A stretch of DNA of 64,000 nucleotides, taken from contig OZ024741.1 in the NCBI GenBank assembly GCA_964016885.1, positions 236,096,001 to 236,160,000 on the forward strand, in the 5' to 3' direction. Numbering within the stretch: the first letter of the stretch is position 1; every line of letters begins with the position of its first letter. Shown here one piece after another: positions 41,270 to 55,895 of the stretch. A program made the translations under genes and the position numbers. The stretch comes from Eledone cirrhosa. Lineage: Eukaryota. Below the pieces are notes generated by a model. It did not search any database. It was given only the letters and a program-made list of their open reading frames with translations, and was not told the DNA's origin.

Positions 41270-44200
41270 TCAGCATGTACACATGGGAGGTCGGGTACCC
41301 TGTATTACTGCGTGACGCCAGAAGTCACGGTCGTGTGTCATTGACTTTGAGAGGTGTAGTTGGGTAAGGTCGGCTTTTATCACCTCATCCCAAGTCATCT
41401 TGGGTCTCCCCACTCCGCGGTTTCCATCAACTTCTAGTGCTCTGCACCTTTTTATGCAGCTGTCATCCTTCATACGCATCACATGTCCATACCAGCGTAA
41501 CCGCCTCTCCTGCACGCAGCATTTGATTCCTCTTATGCTCAGTCTCTCTCTCAATTCATTTATGCTTTGTCGTTCACGTATATTACTGTTACACATCCAT
41601 CGGAGCATGCAGGCTTCGTTTCTCTCTAATCTACGTAAGTCTTCCACCTTCAGCGCCCAGGTCTCACTACCATGCAACATCGCTGTTCGGATACACGCAT
41701 CATACAGTCTGCCTTTCATTCTGAGGGAGAAGCCTTTTGCAGCTAGCAGTGGTAGTAGTTCCCTAAACTTCTTCCATCCCGTTCTTACCCTAGTTATTGT
41801 ACTTTCTGAGCACCCACCTCCGTTGCTAATTCGGTCACCTAGGTAGCAGAAGCTGTCTACTGTTTCTACAGGGCCCTCCCAGAGATTGGTGGTACTTGTT
41901 TCCTGTGGCTGTTTGCTTGCTGTTTCAGCACAGCTGCTGCATGTGAATCCTACATTCTTAATTAAGCTTCCTGAGATCCCGCTACATCTCTTGTGTACCC
42001 ATTGTTTGCATTTGGGGCAAAGAATGGAGTTCCTACCTACACCTTTCCTACATACTGAGCAAGGCCATTTCCCTGAGGGGATCTGGGTTCTGTTTTCTCG
42101 TCTACTTATAAGGACCTTAGTCTTTGTCATGTTGACTTTGAGGCCCTTTCTCTCTAGTCCCTGCTTCCAGGTTTGGAATTTATTCTCTAGTTCTACCATA
42201 GATTCAGCTATGAGTGCGAGGTCATCAGCATACAGGAGTTCCCATGGGCATCCGGTCTTAAACTCCTCCGTTATTGCCTGCAGGACTATGATGAACAGGA
42301 GAGGGCTAAGAACAGAGCCCTGGTGGACCCCAACCTGTACGCTAAATTCCTCGCTATACTCATTGCCAATCCTAACTTTGCTGACTGCTCCCCTATACAT
42401 GGCTTGTACCGCTTTCACAAGCCATTCATCTACTCCTAGTTTTCTAAGAGCCCACCAGATTACTGCACGTGGAACTCTGTCAAAGGCTTTCTCAAGGTCG
42501 ACAAATGCCAAGTAGAGTGGCTTACTTTTAGCTAGGTACTTTTCCTGTAATTGCCTCACAAGGAAGAGCGCATCAGTGGTGCCTTTCCCTGGAACAAACC
42601 CAAATTGCATCTCGTCTATATTCACCCGGTCCCTAATCAGCTGTGCTATAACTCTTTCTGTTACTTTCATGACCTGGTCCATCAACTTTATACCTCTATA
42701 GTTTCCTCTATCTAGTGCATCGCCTTTACCTTTGTAGCAGTTGACAATGATGCTACTGCACCAATCTTTTGGTATGGCCCCCTCTAGTATTACCTGGTTA
42801 ACGATACGTGTGGTTATAGTGTGACCTACAGACCCAGATGCCTTCAGCATCTCGGCAGCTATACCCGATGGACCGGTTGCCTTCCCTATCTTCATATCTC
42901 TGATTGCCTTACTTACTACGCTGCCGCTGACTTGTATTGCTGGTCCCTCTATAGGGTCTACGTGGGGTAGGGTCTCTTCTTCCCATGCATTCTCCTCATT
43001 TAGTAATCTATCATAATGACTCTTCCATGCATCTTTCTTCTCAGCACTTGTGAGGGCAAGCTCACCTTTATCATTCCGGATACACTTCTCTCCAATGACA
43101 TCACAACTATCTCTGACACACTGCCTCGCAATCTTGAATACCTCCTGTTTCTGGTCCTCACGTTGTAAAACATGCTTGAATTTTCTATCCTCTGCTTCCC
43201 TCCTAGCTAAGTATACTTGTCGCCTAGCTTCCCTCTTGGTCTCTATGTAATGTACCCTGCTCCCCCCGTTCTTCCATTCTTTCCATGCCTGTCTCTTGGC
43301 CTTGACTGCTTCATCTACCTTATTGTTCCACCACCAAGTCACTCTCCTCCTGCTTGAGGTCTTACTCCAGCCACAAACCTCATCCGTCGCCTCTAGTAAG
43401 TTATTTTTTAGGAACTCCCAGTTCTCTTCTACGTTAAATGTCTCTATCTGTTCTTCTTTACTGTCGTAGGCGTTGAGTAAAATATCTTTAAATCTGTTAC
43501 TGGTTGAGGGGACTTTCAGCTTCCAGATCTTTCTTCTCCAGGTTGGCCTCTGTTTCAGGGCTCGTCTAGTTCTGACCGTGAGGTCGCTGACAACTAAGCT
43601 ATGTTGGGATGTACATTCCTCACTAGGGAAGGCTTTTGTGTTTACGACCGTCCATCTGTCACGTCCTCTGATGAGGATAAAATCTAACTGACTAGAGTGC
43701 TCCCCTGATCTATAGGTGATCAGGTGGTTGTCGGGTTTTTTAAAGTTTGTGTTACATATCGACATGTCATTGGCGTCGCAGAATTCTAGAAGTCTGAATC
43801 CTTCCTCATTCCTTGTGCCAACTCCATGGCCTCCATGTACTCTATTGAAGCCGTCGCAGTGTTTACCTACGTGTCCGTTAAAATCTCCTGCAATGATTAG
43901 GAAGTCCTTGTCGTCTGTTAGAGCAGTAGTGTGTATTAGGGACTCGTAAAACCTATCCTTAAGTTCGTCTGGCAGCCCCGATTGGGGTGCGTAAGCTGAT
44001 ATTATTGTGGTAATTGTCTTATTCAGGACTAGTCTGAGTTTAATGATTCTTGCATTTACCCTGTACACTGAGATTACTTTATCTACCCACTTGTCAGCTA
44101 ATAGTATACCTACACCACCCATCCCATCGTCATTTCCCACCCAGAAAAATTTGTAGCACTGGCTTTTTCCTACAAGGACTCTAGCAGACCCTCCTCTCCA

Positions 44201-44389
44201 TCTAGTCTCTTGCACACAGCATACATCAACTTCCTTTCGCTCTAGCATTTCTACGATTTCTCCTGCTCTTCCTTTCATTGAGCCTACATTGATGGTACCA
44301 ACTCGGAGTTTTGGGCATTTGTCGACACTCGTAGGGGAGGGTCTCTGGGTTGGCGCTTCACGTGGGTGCTTGGTAGCTCGCAGATTCAT
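41270..44389 (-). CDS. RTE polyprotein: APE + RT with inserted PHD-type finger (1039 aa, intact)
   Basis: GTINVGSM, CVQETRW, AYAPQ, AGDFNGHVG; [28 protein letters not shown]; C4HC3 at ~41930-42067. Confidence 0.95.
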   Translation of the reverse strand: MNLRATKHPREAPTQRPSPTSVDKCPKLRVGTINVGSMKGRAGEIVEMLERKEVDVCCVQETRWRGGSARVLVGKSQCYKFFWVGNDDGMGGVGILLADKWVDKVISVYRVNARIIKLRLVLNKTITTIISAYAPQSGLPDELKDRFYESLIHTTALTDDKDFLIIAGDFNGHVGKHCDGFNRVHGGHGVGTRNEEGFRLLEFCDANDMSICNTNFKKPDNHLITYRSGEHSSQLDFILIRGRDRWTVVNTKAFPSEECTSQHSLVVSDLTVRTRRALKQRPTWRRKIWKLKVPSTSNRFKDILLNAYDSKEEQIETFNVEENWEFLKNNLLEATDEVCGWSKTSSRRRVTWWWNNKVDEAVKAKRQAWKEWKNGGSRVHYIETKREARRQVYLARREAEDRKFKHVLQREDQKQEVFKIARQCVRDSCDVIGEKCIRNDKGELALTSAEKKDAWKSHYDRLLNEENAWEEETLPHVDPIEGPAIQVSGSVVSKAIRDMKIGKATGPSGIAAEMLKASGSVGHTITTRIVNQVILEGAIPKDWCSSIIVNCYKGKGDALDRGNYRGIKLMDQVMKVTERVIAQLIRDRVNIDEMQFGFVPGKGTTDALFLVRQLQEKYLAKSKPLYLAFVDLEKAFDRVPRAVIWWALRKLGVDEWLVKAVQAMYRGAVSKVRIGNEYSEEFSVQVGVHQGSVLSPLLFIIVLQAITEEFKTGCPWELLYADDLALIAESMVELENKFQTWKQGLERKGLKVNMTKTKVLISRRENRTQIPSGKWPCSVCRKGVGRNSILCPKCKQWVHKRCSGISGSLIKNVGFTCSSCAETASKQPQETSTTNLWEGPVETVDSFCYLGDRISNGGGCSESTITRVRTGWKKFRELLPLLAAKGFSLRMKGRLYDACIRTAMLHGSETWALKVEDLRRLERNEACMLRWMCNSNIRERQSINELRERLSIRGIKCCVQERRLRWYGHVMRMKDDSCIKRCRALEVDGNRGVGRPKMTWDEVIKADLTQLHLSKSMTHDRDFWRHAVIQGTRPPMCTC

Positions 44390-44631
44390 ATTTCATCTAT
44401 TGATTCAGAGTTGCTCGTGTATTCCCAGCTCATCCATCCATAACGGTGGGAAAATTGAGGGCTAGAAGGACAGTGGTGGTGGGGTAATGGCAGGGTGTGT
44501 TGGGATGCGCCAGAGGAGGAGAGAGTTAGTTAGGCAGGTAGTAGCAGCAGCAGCAGTGGAAATGGCATGCTAGGTTTGATTGGTCGAATAGACTATGGTG
44601 GTGTGTGGGGGTGGGGGGAGGGAAATTGTGA

Positions 44632-47600
44632 GGTAGGAACTGAGGGTCGCATGGTAAATATCCAAGTTAATACTACATCAGTAAAATTAACAATAATAAC
44701 GTCATGAAAAAAGCTACTAAGAGAAACCCTCGAAAATTTATCGCTAATACAGCAGGGAAAATTTAACGCTAATACAGCAGGGAACATCATAATATTAACG
44801 ACATGAAAAAGCTACTAAGAGAAACCCTCGAAAATTTATCGCTAATACAGCAGGGAAAATTTAACGCTAATACAGCAGGGAACATCATAATATTAACGAC
44901 ATGAAAAAGCTACTAAGAGAAACCCTCGAAAATTTATCGCTAATACAGCAGGGAAAATTTAACGCTAATACAGCAGGGAACATCATAATATTAACGACAT
45001 GAAAAAGCTACTAAGAGAAACCCTCGAAAATTTATCGCTAATACAGCAGGGAAAATTTAACGCTAATACAGCAGGGAACATCATAATATTAACGACATGA
45101 AAAAGCTACTAAGAGAAACCCTCGAAAATTTATCGCTAATACAGCAGGGAAAATTTAACGCTAATACAGCAGGGAACATCATAATATTAACGACATGAAA
45201 AAGCTACTAAGAGAAACCCTCGAAAATTTATCGCTAATACAGCAGGGAAAATTTAACGCTAATACAGCAGGGAACATCATAATATTAACGACAATATGTA
45301 GGCTAAAATACCTTCGTAGATTAGGTGGATGGCTGGCTGGGCAAATTTGAATCAGCTCTACTGGTACATTTTAGCAGAGAAGAATGGCAAAGTGTCTTAT
45401 CTCTTCAATATTTTCAGATTGAATGAATTAGGTTAAAGACAGGGTAGTAAGCCTTAAAGAAGTGCATAGAGGGGGGGGGGGGGGTAGGAACTGAGGGTCG
45501 CATGGTAAATAACTGAGAGAGATACAATAGGATTAGAATACCGCATGGTAAATATCCAAGTTAATAAGTTAATACTACATCAGTAAAATTAACAATAATA
45601 ACGTCATGAAAAAAGCTACTAAGAGAAACCCTCGAAAATTTATCGCTAATACAGCAGGGAAAATTTAACGCTAATACAGCAGGGAACATCATAATATTAA
45701 CGACATGAAAAAGCTACTAAGAGAAACCCTCGAAAATTTATCGCTAATACAGCAGGGAAAATTTAACGCTAATACAGCAGGGAACATCATAATATTAACG
45801 ACATGAAAAAGCTACTAAGAGAAACCCTCGAAAATTTATCGCTAATACAGCAGGGAAAATTTAACGCTAATACAGCAGGGAACATCATAATATTAACGAC
45901 AATATGTAGGCTAAAATACCTTCGTAGATTAGGTGGATGGCTGGCTGGGAAAATTTGAATCAGCTCTACTGGTACATTTTAGCAGAGAAGAATGGCAAAG
46001 TGTCTTATCTCTTCAATATTTTCAGATTGAATGAATTAGGTTAAAGACAGGGTAGTAAGCCTTAAAGAAGTGCATAGAGGGGGGGGGGGGGGGGGTAGGA
46101 ACTGAGGGTCGCATGGTAAATAACTGAGAGAGATACAATAGGATTAGAATACCGCATGGTAAATATCCAAGTTAATAAGTTAATACTACATCAGTAAAAT
46201 TAACAATAATAACGTCATGAAAAAAGCTACTAAGAGAAACCCTCGAAAATTTATCGCTAATACAGCAGGGAAAATTTAACGCTAATACAGCAGGGAACAT
46301 CATAATATTAACGACATGAAAAAGCTACTAAGAGAAACCCTCGAAAATTTATCGCTAATACAGCAGGGAAAATTTAACGCTAATACAGCAGGGAACATCA
46401 TAATATTAACGACATGAAAAAGCTACTAAGAGAAACCCTCGAAAATTTATCGCTAATACAGCAGGAAAATTACCGCTAATACAGCAGGGAACATCATAAT
46501 ATTAACGACATGAAAAAGCTACTAAGAGAAACCCTCGAAAATTTATCGCTAATACAGCAGGGAAAATTTAACGCTAATACAGCAGGGAACATCATAATAT
46601 TAACGACAATATGTAGGCTAAAATACCTTCGTAGATTAGGTGGATGGCTGGCTGGGCAAATTTGAATCAGCTCTACTGGTACATTTTAGCAGAGAAGAAT
46701 GGCAAAGTGTCTTATCTCTTCAATATTTTCAGATTGAATGAATTAGGTTAAAGACAGGGTAGTAAGCCTTAAGAAGTGCATAGAGGGGGGGGGGGGGGGG
46801 TAGGAACTGAGGGTCGCATGTAAATAACTGAGAGAGATACAATAGGATTAGAATACCGCATGGTAAATATCCAAGTTAATAAGTTAATAACTACATCAGT
46901 AAAATTAACAATAATAACGTCATGAAAAAAGCTACTAAGAGAAACCCTCGAAAATTTATCGCTAATACAGCAGGGAAAATTTAACGCTAATACAGCAGGG
47001 AACATCATAATATTAACGACATGAAAAAGCTACTAAGAGAAACCCTCGAAAATTTATCGCTAATACAGCAGGGAAAATTTAACGCTAATACAGCAGGGAA
47101 CATCATAATATTAACGACATGAAAAAGCTACTAAGAGAAACCCTCGAAAATTTATCGCTAATACAGCAGGGAAAATTTAACGCTAATACAGCAGGGAACA
47201 TCATAATATTAACGACAATATGTAGGCTAAAATACCTTCGTAGATTAGGTGGATGGCTGGCTGGGCAAATTTGAATCAGCTCTACTGGTACATTTTAGCA
47301 GAGAAGAATGGCAAAGTGTCTTATCTCTTCAATATTTTCAGATTGAATGAATTAGGTTAAGACAGGGTAGTAAGCCTTAAAGAAGTGCATAGAGGGGGGG
47401 GGGTAGGAACTGAGTGGTCGCATGGTAAATAACTGAGAGAGATACAATAGGATTAGAATACCGCATGGTAAATATCCAAGTTAATAAGTTAATACTACAT
47501 CAGTAAAATTAACAATAATAACGTCTGAAAAAAGCTACTAAGAGAAAACCCTCGAAAATTTATCGCTAATACAGCAGGGAAAATTTAACGCTAATTACAG

Positions 47601-49922
47601 CAGGGAACATCATAATATTAACGACATGAAAAAGCTACTAAGAGAAACCCTCGAAAATTTATCGCTAATACAGCAGGGAAAATTTAACGCTAATACAGCA
47701 GGGAACATCATAATATTAACGACATGAAAAAGCTACTAAGAGAAACCCTCGAAAATTTATCGCTAATACAGCAGGGAAAATTTAACGCTAATACAGCAGG
47801 GAACATCATAATATTAACGACATGAAAAAGCTACTAAGAGAAACCCTCGAAAATTTATCGCTAATACAGCAGGGAAAATTTAACGCTAATACAGCAGGGA
47901 ACATCATAATATTAACGACAATATGTAGGCTAAAATACCTTCGTAGATTAGGTGGATGGCTGGCTGGGCAAATTTGAATCAGCTCTACTGGTACATTTTA
48001 GCAGAGAAGAATGGCAAAGTGTCTTATCTCTTCAATATTTTCAGATTGAATGAATTAGGTTAAAGACAGGGTAGTAAGCCTTAAAGAAGTGCATAGAGGG
48101 GGGGGGGGGGTAGGAACTGAGGGTCGCATGGTAAATAACTGAGAGAGATACAATAGGATTAGAATACCGCATGGTAAATATCCAAGTTAATAAGTTAATA
48201 CTACATCAGTAAAATTAACAATAATAACGTCATGAAAAAAGCTACTAAGAGAAACCCTCGAAAATTTATCGCTAATACAGCAGGGAAAATTTAACGCTAA
48301 TACAGCAGGGAACATCATAATATTAACGACATGAAAAAGCTACTAAGAGAAACCCTCGAAAATTTATCGCTAATACAGCAGGGAAAATTTAACGCTAATA
48401 CAGCAGGGAACATCATAATATTAACGACATGAAAAAGCTACTAAGAGAAACCCTCGAAAATTTATCGCTAATACAGCAGGGAAAATTTAACGCTAATACA
48501 GCAGGGAACATCATAATATTAACGACAATATGTAGGCTAAAATACCTTCGTAGATTAGGTGGATGGCTGGCTGGGCAAATTTGAATCAGCTCTACTGGTA
48601 CATTTTAGCAGAGAAGAATGGCAAAGTGTCTTATCTCTTCAATATTTTCAGATTGAATGAATTAGGTTAAAGACAGGGTAGTAAGCCTTAAAGAAGTGCA
48701 TAGAGGGGGGGGGGGGGGGTAGGAACTGAGGGTCGCATGGTAAATAACTGAGAGAGATACAATAGGATTAGAATACCGCATGGTAAATATCCAAGTTAAT
48801 AAGTTAATACTACATCAGTAAAATTAACAATAATAACGTCATGAAAAAAGCTACTAAGAGAAACCCTCGAAAATTTATCGCTAATACAGCAGGGAAAATT
48901 TAACGCTAATACAGCAGGGAACATCATAATATTAACGACATGAAAAAGCTACTAAGAGAAACCCTCGAAAATTTATCGCTAATACAGCAGGGAAAATTTA
49001 ACGCTAATACAGCAGGGAACATCATAATATTAACGACATGAAAAAGCTACTAAGAGAAACCCTCGAAAATTTATCGCTAATACAGCAGGGAAAATTTAAC
49101 GCTAATACAGCAGGGAACATCATAATATTAACGACATGAAAAAGCTACTAAGAGAAACCCTCGAAAATTTATCGCTAATACAGCAGGGAAAATTTAACGC
49201 TAATACAGCAGGGAACATCATAATATTAACGACAATATGTAGGCTAAAATACCTTCGTAGATTAGGTGGATGGCTGGCTGGGCAAATTTGAATCAGCTCT
49301 ACTGGTACATTTTAGCAGAGAAGAATGGCAAAGTGTCTTATCTCTTCAATATTTTCAGATTGAATGAATTAGGTTAAAGACAGGGTAGTAAGCCTTAAAG
49401 AAGTGCATAGAGGGGGGGGGGGGGGTAGGAACTGAGGGTCGCATGGTAAATAACTGAGAGAGATACAATAGGATTAGAATACCGCATGGTAAATATCCAA
49501 GTTAATAAGTTAATACTACATCAGTAAAATTAACAATAATAACGTCATGAAAAAAGCTACTAAGAGAAACCCTCGAAAATTTATCGCTAATACAGCAGGG
49601 AAAATTTAACGCTAATACAGCAGGGAACATCATAATATTAACGACATGAAAAAGCTACTAAGAGAAACCCTCGAAAATTTATCGCTAATACAGCAGGGAA
49701 AATTTAACGCTAATACAGCAGGGAACATCATAATATTAACGACATGAAAAAGCTACTAAGAGAAACCCTCGAAAATTTATCGCTAATACAGCAGGGAAAA
49801 TTTAACGCTAATACAGCAGGGAACATCATAATATTAACGACATGAAAAAGCTACTAAGAGAAACCCTCGAAAATTTATCGCTAATACAGCAGGGAAAATT
49901 TAACGCTAATACAGCAGGGAAC
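44632..49922. repeat. Higher-order tandem array: 98-bp monomers in blocks of 6,3,4,3,4,3,4,4 with ~310-bp linkers
   Basis: Monomer starts 44803, 44901, 44999; linker landmark gtaggaactgag at ~44633, 45484, 46095, 46800, 47403, 48110, 48719, 49425. Confidence 0.95.
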
Positions 49923-50115
49923 ATATATATGTATATATATATATGTATATATATATATGTATATATATATATGTATATGTATATATATGTATATATATGT
50001 ATGTATGTATATGTATATATATGTATGTATATATATGTATATATATGTATATATATGTATATATATGTATGTATATATATGTATATATATGTATATATAT
50101 ATATGTATATATATG

Positions 50116-50150
<35 letters not shown>

Positions 50151-50157
50151 GTATATG

Positions 50158-50190
<33 letters not shown>

Positions 50191-50229
50191 ATATGTATAT
50201 ATATATATATATGTATATGTATATATATG

Positions 50230-50260
<31 letters not shown>

Positions 50261-50415
50261 GTGTATATATACATGTATATATATGTATGTATATATGTAT
50301 ATGTATATATATGTATATGTATATATGTATATGTATATATATGTATATGTATATATGTATATGTATATATATGTATATATATATATATATGTGTATATGT
50401 ATATATATATATGTG

Positions 50416-50476
<61 letters not shown>

Positions 50477-50498
50477 GTATATATCTGTATATATATGT

Positions 50499-50554
<56 letters not shown>

Positions 50555-50555
<1 letters not shown>

Positions 50556-50785
50556 CTTCACGGCACAGGCATTGCTTTGTATCTGGAGATCTCTCTGCAC
50601 TTGTCGTCACATGGTACCAAAGGCAAAGCACTATGTGTCAATAATTGTCACAAGTGTAGTGTTTGTACCAGAGTTTTCAAGTCGCTGGCTGGACTAAAAA
50701 GTCACTCGTTCAGCGCATCGGTAGGGGTTCTCCTACATGGATATAAAGTAGTGGCCGTACTCGAAAACGAGTTGGCAGCCACCAT
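50555..50785 (+). mobile_element. Bipartite RTE derivative, copy 6 (3' 230 bp)
   Basis: Encodes [20 protein letters not shown]; same terminus gttggcagccaccat. Confidence 0.9.
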
Positions 50786-50934
50786 ATATGTATGTATATA
50801 TATGTATATATATGTATGTATATATATGTATATATATGTATGTATATATATGTATATATATGTATGTATATATATGTATATATATATATGTATATGTATG
50901 TATATATATGTATATATATGTATGTATATATATG

Positions 50935-50979
<45 letters not shown>

Positions 50980-50996
50980 GTATATGTATATATATG

Positions 50997-51047
<51 letters not shown>

Positions 51048-51062
51048 GTATATATATATATG

Positions 51063-51131
<69 letters not shown>

Positions 51132-51206
51132 GTATATATATATATGTATGTATATATATGTATATATATATATGTATATATATATATGTATATATATATA
51201 TGTATA

Positions 51207-51253
<47 letters not shown>

Positions 51254-51326
51254 GTATATATATGTATATATATATATATGTATATATGTATATGTATATA
51301 TATATATGTATATATATGTATATATG

Positions 51327-51357
<31 letters not shown>

Positions 51358-51738
51358 GTATATATGTATATATATGTATGTATATATATATATGTATATA
51401 TATATATGTATATATATGTATATATGTGTATATGTATATATATATATGTATATATGTATATATATGTATGTATATATATATATTTATATGTATAATTATA
51501 TATTTATATGTATATATGTATATATATATATGTATGTATATATATATATATGTGTATGTATATATATATATATGTGTATGTATATATATATATGTGTATA
51601 TATATGTATATGTATATGTGTATATATATGTATATGTATATGTGTATATATATGTATATATATATGTGTATATATATGTATATATATATGTGTATATATA
51701 TGTATATATATATATATATGTATATATATGTATATATA

Positions 51739-51769
<31 letters not shown>

Positions 51770-51780
51770 GTGTATATATA

Positions 51781-51811
<31 letters not shown>

Positions 51812-51880
51812 GTGTATATATATATATGTGTGTATATATATATATATATATGTGTATATATATATATGTGTATATATATA

Positions 51881-51915
<35 letters not shown>

Positions 51916-51924
51916 ATATATATA

Positions 51925-51959
<35 letters not shown>

Positions 51960-52020
51960 ATATATATATATATGTGTATGTGTATATATATATATATGTG
52001 TATATATATATATATATATA

Positions 52021-52053
<33 letters not shown>

Positions 52054-52160
52054 GTGTATATATATATATATGTGTATATATATATGTATATATATACATG
52101 TATATATATGTATGTATATATGTATATGTATGTATATGTATATGTATATGTATATATATG

Positions 52161-52191
<31 letters not shown>

Positions 52192-52302
52192 GTGTATATA
52201 TACATGTATATATATGTATGTATATATGTATATGTATATATATATGTATATGTATATATATGTATATATATATATATGTGTATATGTATATATATATATG
52301 TG

Positions 52303-52361
<59 letters not shown>

Positions 52362-52388
52362 CTGTATATATATGTATATATATGTATA

Positions 52389-52485
<97 letters not shown>

Positions 52486-52510
52486 GTATATATATGTATA
52501 TATATGTATG

Positions 52511-52557
<47 letters not shown>

Positions 52558-52570
52558 GTATATATATATG

Positions 52571-52601
<31 letters not shown>

Positions 52602-52837
52602 GTATATATATGTATATATATATATGTATATATGTATATATATGTATATATATGTATATATATATATGTATATATATATATATGTATATATATGTATATA
52701 TATATATGTATATATATATATGTATATGTATATATATATATGTATATATGTATGTATATGTATATGTATGTATATGTATTTGTATATATGTATATATATA
52801 TGTATATATATATATGCATATATATATATATATATAT

Positions 52838-52892
52838 CATCATCATCATCATCATTTTACGTCCGCTTTTCCCTGCTTGCAAGGGTGGGACA
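52838..52892 (-). mobile_element. Very short 3' terminus of an RTE (P-type) element
   Basis: (CAT)n-ttttacgtccg...gcttgcaaggg resembles the termini at 37307 and 40965. Confidence 0.65.
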
Positions 52893-53274
52893 TGTGTATA
52901 TATATATATATATATATGTGTGTATATATATATATATATGTGTATATGTGTATATATATGTATATATATATGTATATGTATATATATGTATATATATATA
53001 TATACGTGTATATATATATATGTATATATGTCTGTATATATATATATATATGTGTATATGTATATATGTGTATATGTATATATGTGTATATATATGTATA
53101 TATATATATATATGTGTATATATATATATGTATATATATGTATATATATATGTATATATATATGTGTATATATATGTGTATATATATATGTGTATATATA
53201 TGTATATATATGTGTGTATATATATGTGTATATGTGTGTATGTATATATATATATATGTGTATATATGCATATA

Positions 53275-53319
<45 letters not shown>

Positions 53320-53490
53320 GTGTATATATGTGTGTATATATGTAAATATGTGTATATATAGATATATATATGTATATATGTGTGTATATATGTATATATG
53401 TGTGTATATATGTATATATGTGTATATATAGATATATATATGTATATATATATGTATATATATATATATATGTGTATGTATATATATATG

Positions 53491-53529
<39 letters not shown>

Positions 53530-53546
53530 GTCTATATATATATATG

Positions 53547-53579
<33 letters not shown>

Positions 53580-53730
53580 GTATGTATATATATATGTATA
53601 TATATATATGTATGTATATATATATATATATGTATGTATATATATATATATGTGTATATATATGTATATATATATGTGTGTATGTATGTATATGTGTATA
53701 TATATGTATATATATATATGTGTATGTATG

Positions 53731-53761
<31 letters not shown>

Positions 53762-53772
53762 GTGTATGTATG

Positions 53773-53803
<31 letters not shown>

Positions 53804-53823
53804 GTGTATTTATGTATATATAT

Positions 53824-53857
<34 letters not shown>

Positions 53858-53922
53858 ATGTGTATATATATATATATATGTATATATATATGTGTATTTA
53901 TATATATATATATATCTATGTG

Positions 53923-53954
<32 letters not shown>

Positions 53955-53996
53955 TGTATATATATGTATATATATATATATATATGTATATATATG

Positions 53997-54033
<37 letters not shown>

Positions 54034-54044
54034 GTATATATATG

Positions 54045-54173
<129 letters not shown>

Positions 54174-54222
54174 GTATATATGTATATATATATGTATATA
54201 TGTATATATATATATATGTATG

Positions 54223-54269
<47 letters not shown>

Positions 54270-54542
54270 ATGTATATATGTATATATGTGTATATGTATA
54301 TATGTATATATGTATATATGTATATATGTATATATGTATATGTATATATGTATATGTATATATATATATGTATATATGTATATATATATATATGTATATA
54401 TGTATATATATATATATGTATATATGTATATGTATATATGTCTATATGTATATATGTCTATATGTATATATATATATATATGTATATATATATGTATATA
54501 TGTATATATATATGTATATATATGTATATATATATATATGTA

Positions 54543-55020
54543 TCGATACGAGACCTGGGCATAGACATGAGCGATGATGCATCTTTTTCTTCACACATCA
54601 TGAATGTGGCGACAGCATGTAGACTATTCGCTGGCTCGATCTTGAGCACTTTCCTTACAAGAGATCGAGACACTATGTTGACACTGTGGAGGACTTTTGT
54701 CCTAAGCCGCCTGGACTACTGCTCCCAGCTGTGGTCACCCCATAGTGTCAAACTAACCACGGAGCTTGAGGCAATCCAGCGAAGCTACACCAAGAGGATT
54801 GCCAAGATGAGGGAGACAAGCTACTGGGAGAGGCTGAAGGAACTGAACCTCTACTCCTTGGAGCGAAGACGGGAGAGATACGCAGTGATCTACTTGTGGA
54901 AAATCCTGGAGGGACTAGCACCAAACTTTGGCATTGGGAGCTGGACCAACCGTCGAACAGGACGTCACTGTGTGGTGCCAAAGGTCCCGTCTTCCACATC
55001 TAGAATAAGGAGCAGGTATT
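54543..55020 (+). mobile_element. Internal fragment of CR1 family B
   Basis: Matches ~36367-36824 (SIRDLG...SRIRSRY); lacks both element ends. Confidence 0.9.
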
Positions 55021-55034
55021 TATATATATATATG

Positions 55035-55065
<31 letters not shown>

Positions 55066-55108
55066 GTATATATATATATGTATATATATATATGTATATA
55101 TATATATG

Positions 55109-55141
<33 letters not shown>

Positions 55142-55160
55142 GTATATATGTATATATATA

Positions 55161-55207
<47 letters not shown>

Positions 55208-55216
55208 GTATATATG

Positions 55217-55351
<135 letters not shown>

Positions 55352-55773
55352 GTATATATATATGTATATATATACATGTATATATATATATGTGTATATA
55401 TATATATATATGTGTATATATATATATATATGTATATATATATGTATATGTATATATATATATGTAAATATATACATATGTATATATATACATGTAAATA
55501 TATACATATGTATATATATACATATGTATATATATACATATGTATATATATACATATATATATATATACATATACATATATATACATGTATATATATATA
55601 CATATATATGTGTATATATATATACATGTATATATATATACATATATATGTATATATATATATGTAAATATATACATATGTAAATAGATACATATGCAAA
55701 TATACACATATGTAAATATATACATATGTATATATATTAATATGTATATATATATACATATATATATATATAC

Positions 55774-55895
<122 letters not shown>

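Larger units (their letters stand above)
40965..49922 (-). mobile_element. RTE-clade LINE family P1 with intact ORF and tandem-repeat 5' region
   Basis: (GAT)n tail at 40965; ORF 41270-44389; 5' UTR runs without a TA break into the tandem array, which ends at the TA array at 49922. Including the array in the element is inferred. Confidence 0.75.

Noticed and set aside
45290-45610. Hammerhead-like ctgag/ctgatg words in the array linker
   Set aside because: No CUGANGA plus GAAA core with a closing stem II on either strand.
44632-49922. CRISPR-like appearance of the repeat array
   Set aside because: No unique spacers, the monomers are contiguous and near identical, there are no cas genes, and the context is eukaryotic.
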